Part shown: piece after piece, positions 43,004-52,369 of the stretch
How positions within the stretch are numbered: the stretch's first letter is position 1
How the letters are laid out: every line of letters starts with the position of its first letter
Source of the DNA: Candidatus Latescibacterota bacterium
GTDB lineage: Bacteria > Latescibacterota > UBA2968
Reading direction: 5' to 3'
NCBI GenBank assembly: GCA_965204745.1
Contig: OZ242010.1
Coordinates: 2,496,001 to 2,560,000, forward strand
DNA length: 64,000 nucleotides
Position numbers and translations under genes: made by a program
Notes under the pieces: generated by a model
The model's database searches: none
The model's input: only the letters and a program-made list of their open reading frames with translations
Told to the model about the DNA's origin: nothing

Positions 43004-44477
43004 TTTCTACGAGAAAGGGGGGAATCGGGTCTCCCCCCCTCGTTGCGGGGAGGGGTCATATTTTTTTGCCTTCCTTTTTCTCGTCGCCCTGTTGTGCATC
43101 CCCAAAGACGCGCCTGCCTCCGCGCCAGATAGTCTTTACAAACACGATCCCTACGATATATCCCAAGTTGGCGTTGTTGACAGCGCGGATGTTTTTGTCA
43201 CGCGAGTGACACCGGTGAAACATTTGTTGCGCTTGCCCCGGTATGCCTTGTTGTTGCTGGTCAATCCGGTGGAGAAATTTGCCATTTATGCAGAGCACGC
43301 AAAGCTATGGATGCGCTACTATAAATTTTTCACCAACAAAGCGGGTACGTTTGGTCTTTTTCCGCATGGGCAGTTGGGCGGCGAAACGGGTACGGGGATC
43401 GGGGTGCGTCTTTTTCACGCCAACTGGTTCGGCCATGAAAATACAATCGCGGCGCGCTATATCTATTCGGGGCGAAAAGGACAATTTGTCGAAGGGTTGT
43501 ACGTTGCGCCCGAGGTGTTGGGCAAGGGGCTCGTTTGGAAACTTTGGGGTGGCTATTTGCAAACGAGAAATCGCAGCGCAAATATCAACGGCGCGTTGAG
43601 GGGCAATGACGCGAGACTTTTTGAACTCGAGCAGGTCGAGATCGAGACCGCGATTGAATGGCGGTTGCGAGAGGGCGCGTTCGCGTCTTATGTGCCGCAG
43701 GTCAAATTGGCGGGCACGCTGGGGTTTGCGCGGCGCGATTTCAGGCCGGTGATGGGCGGATCGCAACCGCTGTCCGATCCGGGTTCATCGGCCCAAGCGC
43801 GCTTGCTCAAGGGGATGGGCAAGGCGTTCAACTTTTACCGGGTTGGGCTTCAGGTGGTGTATGACGACCGCGATTTTAAGCGGCCGACGCGCCGGCTTTC
43901 CCTGCCGGTCGATTACCGATACCCCGGCCGCATGGTCGCGCAATTTGGCGATCAATTTTACTTTGCACGCGATACCGGGTATCCCGAACGCGGTGGCTTT
44001 GTCGCGTTGGAAGGAAGCGTGGCGATAGGGCCGGATCACATTGGGTTTTATCAGATTCGCGCAGAGGTTGCCCGCTATGTCACGCTGTTTTGGAAGAACC
44101 GAATTTTGGCCCTGCACGCCCGGTTGGATAAGGTGCGGTCATTGGGAGATGGCTTTGTGCCCTATACCGAGTTGATTCAGTTGGGCGGCAACCAATCGGC
44201 ACGCGGGTACAGACGCGGTTATTTTCGCGGGCAAGGTGCTTTGGAATTTAACGCCGAGTATCGGTATCCGATCTGGGATTATTGGAATGCGTTTTTGTTT
44301 TGGGACGAGGGACAGATTTTCGATCATTTTGGCGCGTTGCGCTGGGGCGGTTTCCATTCTTCTTATGGCGGCGGCATTGCATTTCGCACCGAGCTCGGCC
44401 TGCTCGCCAAAGTCAAAATCGGCCGTAGCACTGTCGAGCGTCTTCTCATCGGCTTTACGCTACGCCAAGCGTTTTAA
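42987..44477 (+). CDS. BamA/TamA (Omp85) family outer membrane protein; start uncertain
   Basis: LGGNQSARGYRRGYFRG, EYRYPIW, terminal Phe, signal-like FFAFLFLVALLC; frame open from 42579 through repeats. Confidence 0.8.
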   Translation: MAQIASFYEKGGNRVSPPRCGEGSYFFAFLFLVALLCIPKDAPASAPDSLYKHDPYDISQVGVVDSADVFVTRVTPVKHLLRLPRYALLLLVNPVEKFAIYAEHAKLWMRYYKFFTNKAGTFGLFPHGQLGGETGTGIGVRLFHANWFGHENTIAARYIYSGRKGQFVEGLYVAPEVLGKGLVWKLWGGYLQTRNRSANINGALRGNDARLFELEQVEIETAIEWRLREGAFASYVPQVKLAGTLGFARRDFRPVMGGSQPLSDPGSSAQARLLKGMGKAFNFYRVGLQVVYDDRDFKRPTRRLSLPVDYRYPGRMVAQFGDQFYFARDTGYPERGGFVALEGSVAIGPDHIGFYQIRAEVARYVTLFWKNRILALHARLDKVRSLGDGFVPYTELIQLGGNQSARGYRRGYFRGQGALEFNAEYRYPIWDYWNAFLFWDEGQIFDHFGALRWGGFHSSYGGGIAFRTELGLLAKVKIGRSTVERLLIGFTLRQAF

Positions 44478-44488
44478 GGCCGAGGGAT

Positions 44489-44707
44489 AGCCACAATAGC
44501 CACAAAAGGCACGAGCGGGGTACAACTGGCGACAGCCAGTTCAAAACACAAAAGGGGTACAACTGGCGATAGTCAGTTCAAAGGTGAGCGATATGTGCAG
44601 GGGCGATGCCCTCGCGCAAAGCCATCAGAACAGTTCTTGATATAAGCCATCAAAGAAGCACTGCTCCCCCTTTCCTTGCAGGAAAGGGGGCCGGGGGGAT
44701 AGGTCCC
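44489..44707. repeat. Repeat cluster: GTAC hairpin elements plus reverse REP-A copy (44609-44707)
   Basis: Reverse complement of array unit A, ends GGGGGATAGGTCCC adjoining the ATG at 44708. Confidence 0.8.
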
Positions 44708-46798
44708 ATGAACGACGCACAACAACCCATAAACGCCCTGCCCAAGGGGTATCGGCTCCAGGAATACGAACTGGTGCGCGTGCTCGGGTTTGGGGGATTC
44801 GGCATGACGTATTTGGGCTATGACCACAACTTGGACAAACCCGTGGCGATCAAGGAATACCTGCCTTCGGATATCGCCATCCGGACAAGCGACAACAGCG
44901 TCATGCCGCAGGCGAGCGAGTTTCAAGGCGATTTTGCGTGGGGTCTGGATCGCTTTTTGGACGAAGCGCGCACCTTAGCCCGATTTGACCATCGCCATCT
45001 CGTCAAGGTGCATCGCTTTTTTGAAGAACACAACACCGCGTATATCGTGATGGAATACGCCGAGGGCGAGACTTTGTCGGCGTATCTCAACCGCAAAGGG
45101 GTGCTGACCGAATCAGAACTCAAGGCGATTCTGAATCCGATTCTCGACGGCTTGGCGGCGGTGCATCGTGCGGATTTTCTGCATCGGGACATCAAACCTG
45201 GCAACATCGTCATTCGCGCCGAGGATCGCTCGCCCGTGTTGATCGACTTTGGCGCGGCGCGTCAAGCGGTGGGGGCGATGAGCCGTTCGGTAACAGCCGT
45301 CGTGACCCCGGGCTACGCGCCGCGAGAGCAGTATTCGACCCGTGGCAATCAGGGTCCTTGGACGGACATTTATGCGCTGGGGTGCGTGTGCTATCGCGCA
45401 TTGACCAATGATGTACCCCATGATGCGGTGGATCGGATGATCGACGATCCGCTGATTCCGGTTTCGGATCGGTGCAAGGGCCGTGCGAGCCACCAATTTC
45501 TCGCCGCTATCGATCACGCACTACAAGTAGATGAGACTGCCCGTCCGCAAAGTGTGTCCGAATGGCGCGCCGAGTTAGGCGACACGCCTGTTGATGTTCC
45601 GCCGCCGGAAATCTCGCCACCGCCCGATGTTGAGCGTCCTGAGCCGGAGCGTGTTCAAGGTGCTGTGCCGAATAAGAAACGTCTGGGAGATCGCCTGATA
45701 TGGATCGTCGTGGGCGTGGTTGTGCTCGTGTTTATGGTCCTTGCAATTTCTGATTACGTCGAGAGGCAACGCCGAGCAGAAGAGATTGCACGCCAAGAGG
45801 AGATTGCGCGCCAAGAAGAATTAGCACGCAGAAGGACTGAAGAAGCAAGAAAGGCAGAGGAAGCACGCCAAGCAGAGATTGCACGCCAAGAGGAAATTGC
45901 GCGCCAAGAAGAATTAGCACGCAGAAGGACTGAAGAAGCAAGAAAGGCAGAGGAAGCACGCCAAGAGGAAATTGCGCGCCAAGAAGAATTAGCACGCAGA
46001 AGGGTAGAGGTACAGGCAGAGGTGGGTAAGTCAATTGAAGACCTCATCACCACAGGATTGAGGTATCCAGAGGGCATCGCGCTGGATGTGGGGCGCGGAA
46101 AGATGTACTGGACGGGCACTGGCACGATTCAGCGTGCTAACCTTGATGGCTCGAGTGTCGAAAACCTCATCACCAGAGAATTGAGCTTTCCATGTGGCAT
46201 CGCGCTGGATGTGGGGCGCGGAAAGATGTACTGGACGGACTCGGTCACAGCTAAGATTCGGCGTGCCAACCTCGATGGGTCGAATGTCGAAGACCTCATC
46301 ACCACAGGATTGAGGTATCCAGAGGGCATCGCGCTGGATGTGGAACGCGGAAAGATGTACTGGACAGACAGGAGCACGGATAAGATTCAGCGTGCCAACC
46401 TTGATGGCTCGAATGTCGAAGACCTCATCACCAGAGGATTGAGTAGGCCAAATGGCATAGCACTAGATGTGGGGCGCGGAAAGATGTACTGGATGGACAC
46501 TTACACGAATAAGATTCAGCGTGCCAACCTCGATGGCTCAAATGTCGAAGACCTCATCACCACAGGATTGAGTGAGCCAAGTGGCATCGCGCTAGATGTG
46601 GGGCGCGGAAAGATGTACTGGACAGACAGGAGCACGGATAAGATTCAGCGTGCCAACCTCAATGGCTCGAATGTCGCAGACCTCATCACCACAGGATTGA
46701 GGACGCCACTTGGCATCGCGCTGGATGTGGAACGCGGAGTGATGTACTGGACGGACTATGACACGAATAAGATTCAGCGTGCCAATATACCCCGCTAA
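44708..46798 (+). CDS. Membrane Ser/Thr protein kinase with coiled-coil linker and six YWTD (LDL-receptor class B) repeats
   Basis: LGFGGFG, VAIKE, HRDIKPGN, DFG, GYAPREQ; TM; GIALDVGRGKMYWTD x6. Confidence 0.92.
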   Translation: MNDAQQPINALPKGYRLQEYELVRVLGFGGFGMTYLGYDHNLDKPVAIKEYLPSDIAIRTSDNSVMPQASEFQGDFAWGLDRFLDEARTLARFDHRHLVKVHRFFEEHNTAYIVMEYAEGETLSAYLNRKGVLTESELKAILNPILDGLAAVHRADFLHRDIKPGNIVIRAEDRSPVLIDFGAARQAVGAMSRSVTAVVTPGYAPREQYSTRGNQGPWTDIYALGCVCYRALTNDVPHDAVDRMIDDPLIPVSDRCKGRASHQFLAAIDHALQVDETARPQSVSEWRAELGDTPVDVPPPEISPPPDVERPEPERVQGAVPNKKRLGDRLIWIVVGVVVLVFMVLAISDYVERQRRAEEIARQEEIARQEELARRRTEEARKAEEARQAEIARQEEIARQEELARRRTEEARKAEEARQEEIARQEELARRRVEVQAEVGKSIEDLITTGLRYPEGIALDVGRGKMYWTGTGTIQRANLDGSSVENLITRELSFPCGIALDVGRGKMYWTDSVTAKIRRANLDGSNVEDLITTGLRYPEGIALDVERGKMYWTDRSTDKIQRANLDGSNVEDLITRGLSRPNGIALDVGRGKMYWMDTYTNKIQRANLDGSNVEDLITTGLSEPSGIALDVGRGKMYWTDRSTDKIQRANLNGSNVADLITTGLRTPLGIALDVERGVMYWTDYDTNKIQRANIPR
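45775..46003 (+). repeat. Intragenic EEIARQ/EEARKA coiled-coil repeats
   Basis: Near-identical DNA repeats encoding EEIARQEELARRRTEEARKA. Confidence 0.85.
46037..46790 (+). repeat. Six ~129-bp YWTD repeat units
   Basis: Units start at 46037, 46160, 46289, 46418, 46547, 46676. Confidence 0.9.
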
Positions 46799-46799
46799 C

Positions 46800-46985
46800 G
46801 GGGAATGAAGATGGGTTTTGCGAGAGGGAATGTGACGGGTTTTAATCGCATGATGCGCTGGCTCAAAGCCATAAAAACAGCTCTTGTTCTCATCCATCAA
46901 GCAAGCTATGCTCCCCCTTTCCTCGTAGGCACAGGCGTAGCCTACAATGAGCGAAGCGAATAACGGGGCCGGGGGGATAGGTCCA
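46800..46985 (-). repeat. Degenerate REP A/B copy with a 35-nt insertion
   Basis: Similar to reverse complement of units in 257-912; ends GGGGGATAGGTCC. Confidence 0.7.
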
Positions 46986-47016
46986 CATGGGTATCGGCTT
47001 AAGAAAGAAACTGATC

Positions 47017-48324
47017 ATGTCAAACCCCTTCAAACAGATGATGGATATTCGCCGATCTGAAGCACCGCTGGCGGTGTTGATGTTCGGCTATTTTTTTTTG
47101 GTGATTGCGAGTTTCTGGATTCTGAAGCCGCTGAAAAAAGGGCTTTTTATCGCGTTTTACGATGCGGTTGGTTTCCACGCTTTGGGCATGCAGTTGACCG
47201 CGGCACAAGCCGAATTGATCGCCAAAGTTTTGAATATGGCGGTCGCGTTTCTGGCGGTGTCGGTTTTTACCCTGCTCGTGCGGTCATTTCAGCGGCAGCA
47301 GTTGACGTATCTCTTTTCCGCGTTTTTCGGCGTTTGCTACGCGATCTACGCAACGATGCTCGGCAGTGTGGGGCCTTGGACCGCGTGGACATTTTATCTG
47401 TTCGGCGATTTGTACAGCACCTTGATGGTGGCGACGTTTTTTGCGTTTTTGAACGACAGCGTGGCGCCGGATGCGGCCAAACGCCTGTACGGGCTGATCG
47501 GCTTGGGCGGGGTGAGTGGGGGATGGTTTGGGTCGGAAGTTCTACAAGCTCTGATCGATGATTTGAGCGCGTCCGACTGGATGTGGGTTTGCTTGGGCAT
47601 CGGCGTTGTGATCGCCGCCCTTGCAAGCGCGGCCGGGCACTTGGTCACGCGGCAGTTGCCAGCGGTCAAATCGGCATCCAAAGAAGAATTGCCGCCCGGC
47701 AATCCAGCACTGGAAGGCGCGCGCTTGGTCTTTCGGTCAAAATATCTTTTGTCAATTGTGGCGATAGTGGGCATTTATGAAATGGTCTCGACCATTATGG
47801 ACTTCCAGTTTTCTGCAACGGTTGCCCACTACCTCGAAGGCGATGCGATAGGAAAGCAATTTGTACGTGTTTTTGCGTTCACCAATCGGTTTGCGTTTGT
47901 CGTGCAAATCGCGCTGACTAGCTTTGTGATGACGCGGTTTGGGGTCGGCAGGGCGCTGATGTTTTTGCCGGTTGCCGCGCTGTGCGGTTCTGCGGCGTTT
48001 CTGTGTTTTCCCGTGTTGTGGGTCGGCAGCGCGCTGAATACGTGTGACAATGGGTTTGGCTACTCGATCAACCAATCGGCAAAAGAGGTGCTTTACGTGC
48101 CCACGACCCGCGACGAAAAGTACAAGGCCAAAGCCTTTATCGACATGTTTGTCCAGCGGTTTGCCAAGGCCGTGGGTGTGGGCCTGAGTTTGGGCATTAC
48201 GCTGGTGTTCACGGGCTTTGCGAGTATGCGGTGGTTGTCGTTGATCAGCGCGGGGTTGCTCGCGGTGTGGCTTTTGGCCGTGCGGTACGTGGGGCGTTCT
48301 TTCCAGCGTTTGGAATCTCAATGA
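47017..48324 (+). CDS. Npt1/Npt2 (TLC/NTT) family nucleotide transporter
   Basis: ILKPLK, AKRLYGLIGLGG, YSINQSAKEVLYVP, KYKAKAFID. Confidence 0.88.
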   Translation: MSNPFKQMMDIRRSEAPLAVLMFGYFFLVIASFWILKPLKKGLFIAFYDAVGFHALGMQLTAAQAELIAKVLNMAVAFLAVSVFTLLVRSFQRQQLTYLFSAFFGVCYAIYATMLGSVGPWTAWTFYLFGDLYSTLMVATFFAFLNDSVAPDAAKRLYGLIGLGGVSGGWFGSEVLQALIDDLSASDWMWVCLGIGVVIAALASAAGHLVTRQLPAVKSASKEELPPGNPALEGARLVFRSKYLLSIVAIVGIYEMVSTIMDFQFSATVAHYLEGDAIGKQFVRVFAFTNRFAFVVQIALTSFVMTRFGVGRALMFLPVAALCGSAAFLCFPVLWVGSALNTCDNGFGYSINQSAKEVLYVPTTRDEKYKAKAFIDMFVQRFAKAVGVGLSLGITLVFTGFASMRWLSLISAGLLAVWLLAVRYVGRSFQRLESQ

Positions 48325-48336
48325 TCGATTCTTTTT

Positions 48337-51063
48337 ATGTGGAACAAAATCATCGACATTCGGCCGGGAGAGTTGCGGCGGTTGATGCCACTCGTGATGG
48401 CCTACGCGCTCATCTTGGCGTCTATCTACGTGCTCAAGCCCGCGCGCAACGCCCTGTTTTTGGACCAACTGGGCATCGCACAACTGCCTTATGTGTTGAT
48501 TCTCGTGGCGCTGATCGGCGGGGGCATTTCGAGTTTGTATTCCAAATTGATGGGCGACATGCGGCTCAATCGCCTGATACCGGGCACCTTTGTCGCGCTG
48601 ATCGTTCACTTGGCGATTTTTCGGTACGCGTTCACGGTTTCCGGAAGTTGGATTTACTACTCGTTTTACATCTGGGTCACAATTTACGGGGTGCTCGCGG
48701 TGTCCTTGCTCTGGCTGCTGGCAAATGCCGCGTTTAATGCGCGGGAGGCGCGGCGGCTTTTTGGGTTTATCGGCACGGGCGGCATTGCCGGGTCCGTGTT
48801 GGGAGGCTCGTTCACGGGATGGGCCGCCAACGATCTGGGCACGGAGAATTTGTTGCTGGTCAGCGCGGGGTTGCTCGCGGCGAGTACCGCGCTGGTTTGC
48901 ACAGTGCCTGTGGGAAGCCTGTCTGCGAAAGCGTCGACAGAAGGGGGCGCGTTGCGAGCGGTGATGTCGTCGGCACTGCTTACGCGCATCGCGGGCATGG
49001 GCGCGTTGGTCGCGGTTGTCGCGGTTGTGGCAGACATTCAGTTTAATGAGATCGTGGATGCGGCGTTTGAGAGCAAGGACGAGAAAGCCGCGTTTTTCGG
49101 CAGTTTTTTTGCCTATCTCAATGGGTTTTCCTTTGTGTTTCAACTCCTCGTGACCCCGTGGGTTCTCAAGCGATTGGGGGTTGGTTGCGCGCTGTTTTTT
49201 TTGCCGGTGAGCATGGCCCTCGGCGCGGTGGGCGTGCTGTTGATGGCGGGCTTATGGGGCGGGGTCGCGGTGAAGGTCGGGGATGTCGGGTTTCGCCATT
49301 CCATCCACAAGGCCGTGGTCGAAGTCCTGTTTTTGCCGGTGCCGGCTGAACTGAAAAAGCGGTCCAAGGTGTTTATCGACACGACGGTCGACAATTTGGC
49401 GACCGGCGTGGGCGCGCTGTCCGTCCTGATTTTGCAGGCTGGGTTCGGCGTGTTGTATCCCCATCTGTCGTTTTTGTCGTTGGGGCTCATCGCGGTGTGG
49501 CTTTGGCAGTTGGTCGGGTTGCAACGGGCGTATGTAGATGCGTTTCGGCACGCGCTCGACCGCAGGGAAATTTGGGGTGATGATTTTCGCATGCAACCCG
49601 ACGGGGCGATGATTGCGGTGTTGCTTCAGGCATTGAAGTCCGAAAATCCCCGGCAGGTGGCGTACGCGCTGGCGTTGTTGGGCACGGCGGACGAGGATTT
49701 GACCGGGGCCGTCGCGCCATTGCTTCAACACGCGGATGCCGAGGTGCGGCGGTTGGCAGTGATGGCGATGCGGCCCTCCCCGCATGTGAATTTACAACCC
49801 TTGGTGCGCGGGTTGTTGCGCGATGAAAACACGGATGTGCGCGTAGAGGCATTGCATTTTCTGCGCCGTCAATCCCTGTCCGCGGATTTGGATGCGTTGC
49901 GGCGCGATTTGCGAGACGACGATCCCAAAATCCGCACAGCCGCGCTGGGATATATTTCCCGGTATGGCAAGGCCCGGGAAAAGGCATTGATCGACGAGGC
50001 ATTTGTGACCTCCGTCCTTTGTTCGGACGTGCGCGAGGAGCGCGTGGCATTGGTGCGGGTGATCGGCGGCATGGGGGAGTTGGAGGCGTTTCTATTCGCG
50101 CTGATGCACGACTCAGACGCCGAAGTGGTGCGGGAAGTGATTCGCAGTTTTGACAATCGTAGCCCGGAGTACACGGCTTGGTTGCTCGACCGCTTGGCAG
50201 AGCCGCGCTATCGCCTGGACGCGCGCAATGCCCTTGGGAGAATGGGAGAAGATGCCTTGCCCGCGCTTGAGACCGCCTGGGATTCGCCGCACACCTCGCC
50301 GCGCCTGCGGTTGCAAATCCCCCGGGTCATTGCCGAGATTCCCTCGCAACTGTCTGTCGATTTTCTGTTGGACGAGTTGAAAAACGCAACGGAACATTTG
50401 TCGGAGTTGTCAGTCGCTTCCGACGATAGCCTCGCGCTGATTCAGGCGGTGTACAAATTGCAGGCGTCGTTCCCGGACCTGCATTGCGATGCAGAGCGCG
50501 TGGACCGCATTGTGATGGCGCAGGCCGAGGCGTATTACGAGATGACGCGGTTGTTGCAAATTTTTGAACCGGCGCAGGGCCAAGACTTTGCATTGCTCAA
50601 GCGGGCGTTGCGGGAATACCGCGATGAGACACTGGAGCAAATTTTTCTGTTGCTGGGGCTTCGGTATTCGGCCGAGGATATGCACCGCACCTATTTGGGC
50701 ATTGCGAGTTCTGACGAGACAAAGCGCGCAAATGCGTTGGAGTTTTTGGACAATGTGCTCGACCGGCACCACGAGTGGAAGGCGATTTTGCCCGCGCTGA
50801 TCGACGCCGATGCAGTGGAAGCTGCCCTGTCTTATGGGCGAAAATTTTTTGCCGATAGCCTGCGGACGCACGAGGATGGGATGTCGTATTTGATCGATGG
50901 CGATGATCTCTGGCTCAAAGCCTGCGCCCTCAACTGTGTGGATACCGACGATTCCCCCGCGCTGATTTCCCGCGTCCATACCTGCCGCACCCATGCACAT
51001 CCCCTGATCGCCGAGACCGCGGCGCACGTAGTTGAGCGGCTTGGGGGGATGAGCGGGGACTGA
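48337..51063 (+). CDS. NTT family nucleotide transporter fused to HEAT repeats
   Basis: VLKPARNALFL, REARRLFGFIG, KVFIDT; C-terminal HEAT repeats, RANALEFLDNVL. Confidence 0.88.
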   Translation: MWNKIIDIRPGELRRLMPLVMAYALILASIYVLKPARNALFLDQLGIAQLPYVLILVALIGGGISSLYSKLMGDMRLNRLIPGTFVALIVHLAIFRYAFTVSGSWIYYSFYIWVTIYGVLAVSLLWLLANAAFNAREARRLFGFIGTGGIAGSVLGGSFTGWAANDLGTENLLLVSAGLLAASTALVCTVPVGSLSAKASTEGGALRAVMSSALLTRIAGMGALVAVVAVVADIQFNEIVDAAFESKDEKAAFFGSFFAYLNGFSFVFQLLVTPWVLKRLGVGCALFFLPVSMALGAVGVLLMAGLWGGVAVKVGDVGFRHSIHKAVVEVLFLPVPAELKKRSKVFIDTTVDNLATGVGALSVLILQAGFGVLYPHLSFLSLGLIAVWLWQLVGLQRAYVDAFRHALDRREIWGDDFRMQPDGAMIAVLLQALKSENPRQVAYALALLGTADEDLTGAVAPLLQHADAEVRRLAVMAMRPSPHVNLQPLVRGLLRDENTDVRVEALHFLRRQSLSADLDALRRDLRDDDPKIRTAALGYISRYGKAREKALIDEAFVTSVLCSDVREERVALVRVIGGMGELEAFLFALMHDSDAEVVREVIRSFDNRSPEYTAWLLDRLAEPRYRLDARNALGRMGEDALPALETAWDSPHTSPRLRLQIPRVIAEIPSQLSVDFLLDELKNATEHLSELSVASDDSLALIQAVYKLQASFPDLHCDAERVDRIVMAQAEAYYEMTRLLQIFEPAQGQDFALLKRALREYRDETLEQIFLLLGLRYSAEDMHRTYLGIASSDETKRANALEFLDNVLDRHHEWKAILPALIDADAVEAALSYGRKFFADSLRTHEDGMSYLIDGDDLWLKACALNCVDTDDSPALISRVHTCRTHAHPLIAETAAHVVERLGGMSGD

Positions 51064-51132
51064 CCACTGACCTACGATTGCCGTTCATCCGCCTCTCACC
51101 TGTGTCTCGCCCCTACACACGGCTCGCGTTTG

Positions 51133-51213
51133 AATGGGCTGTCGCCAGTTGTACCCCTTTTGTGCCTTTGAACTGGCTATCGCCAGTTGTACCCCGCTCG
51201 TGCCTTTTGTGGC
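51133..51213 (-). repeat. GTAC hairpin elements within AGCCACAAAAGGCAC repeat
   Basis: Reverse complement of 10049-10108 and 44498-44580 type. Confidence 0.8.
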
Positions 51214-51250
51214 TAACCCTCTTGCCTCTCACCTCTCATTGAATACCGTT

Positions 51251-51673
51251 ATGTTGACCGCGATTGAAAAAGTGATGGCCTTGCAAAATGTGGATGTGTT
51301 TTCCGAAGTCTCCACGCAACACCTGGCGCGTTTGGCCGCGATTGCAGAAGAGATGTCTTGCAACGCGGGGGATGTGCTGTATCGAGAGGGGGACCCGCCC
51401 CGCGCGATGTATCTGATTTTGGAGGGCAGGGTTCGGTTGCACCGCGGCGATCTCGATGTGACGATAGCAGGGCCGGATGATGTGTTTGGCACATGGGCGC
51501 TGTTTGACGACGAGCCGTGCGTGGCAACCGCGACTGTGCTGGAGCCGAGCCGGGTGTTGTGTATTGAACGCGACAATTTTATTGATTTGTTGGCGGATTA
51601 TGTGCAGATTACGCAGGGCGTTTTACGCATGATGGCGAAGCGTTTGCGCGGTTTGGTCGCCCGCGTTCAATAA
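51251..51673 (+). CDS. Cyclic nucleotide-binding domain protein
   Basis: LYREGD...MYLILEGRV...FGTWALFDDEP; MLTAIEKV start. Confidence 0.88.
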   Translation: MLTAIEKVMALQNVDVFSEVSTQHLARLAAIAEEMSCNAGDVLYREGDPPRAMYLILEGRVRLHRGDLDVTIAGPDDVFGTWALFDDEPCVATATVLEPSRVLCIERDNFIDLLADYVQITQGVLRMMAKRLRGLVARVQ

Positions 51674-51718
51674 CGGATATGCCCCGATCTTTGGGGCTTT
51701 TTTTGTTTTGGAGATGGC

Positions 51719-52192
51719 ATGGATAAGCGCAGAAATATCGTGATTGTCGATGACGAAGAAATGGTTTTGGTCAGCATCAATTCCTTTTTGACGCTCGAGA
51801 CCAATTACAAAGTGACGACTTTTTCGCATCCAAAAGACGCGCTCGAGTTTATCCGAGAAAACGAGGTCGATCTCGTGATTTCCGACTATCTGATGCCCGA
51901 CATGGACGGCATTCGGTTTTTGGGCGAGGTCAAAAGGCTCAGGCCAGACGTGACGCGCATCATTCTGACGGGCTATGCAGACAAGGAAAATGCGATCAAG
52001 GCGATTAACGATATCGGTATCTATCAGTATATCGAAAAGCCGTGGGACAATGAGGATTTGAATATCATCATTCGCAATGGCTTGGAGAAGAAGTTGCTGA
52101 TGGAACAACTGCAAGAGAAAATCGAGCAGATCAATCGCGCGTACGGCGAGTTGCAAGCGATCCAACAAGAGGTACTCAAGACCTTTGTGTGA
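51719..52192 (+). CDS. Response regulator (receiver domain plus coiled coil)
   Basis: VDDE, ISDYLMPDMDG, LTG, KPW. Confidence 0.92.
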   Translation: MDKRRNIVIVDDEEMVLVSINSFLTLETNYKVTTFSHPKDALEFIRENEVDLVISDYLMPDMDGIRFLGEVKRLRPDVTRIILTGYADKENAIKAINDIGIYQYIEKPWDNEDLNIIIRNGLEKKLLMEQLQEKIEQINRAYGELQAIQQEVLKTFV

Positions 52193-52193
52193 T

Positions 52194-52258
52194 GGGACCT
52201 ACCCCCCTAACCCACCTTCCTGGCAGGAAAGGGGAACGAGGATCGATTTTGCGAGGGG
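52194..52258 (+). repeat. REP copy (inverse of unit B end)
   Basis: GGGACCTACCCCCCTAACCCACCTTCCTGGCAGGAAAGGGG...TTTTGCGAGGGG. Confidence 0.7.
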
Positions 52259-52369
52259 AACGATGAAGCGGCGGTAGGGCGGTGGGCCGGTCTCGCCTCT
52301 TACTTCTCGCCTCTTGCTTGGGGATGATGAGCAGGGCGGGTTGACGCTATGGCGCGAAAGGGGATTGTG

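Noticed and set aside
44606-44707. N-terminal extensions of kinase, cNMP protein and several ribosomal ORFs in the track
   Set aside because: Repeat-derived or upstream of the SD-supported starts
46037-46790. Diversity-generating retroelement
   Set aside because: No reverse transcriptase or template repeat in the window; some variable positions are not explained by adenine-only mutagenesis
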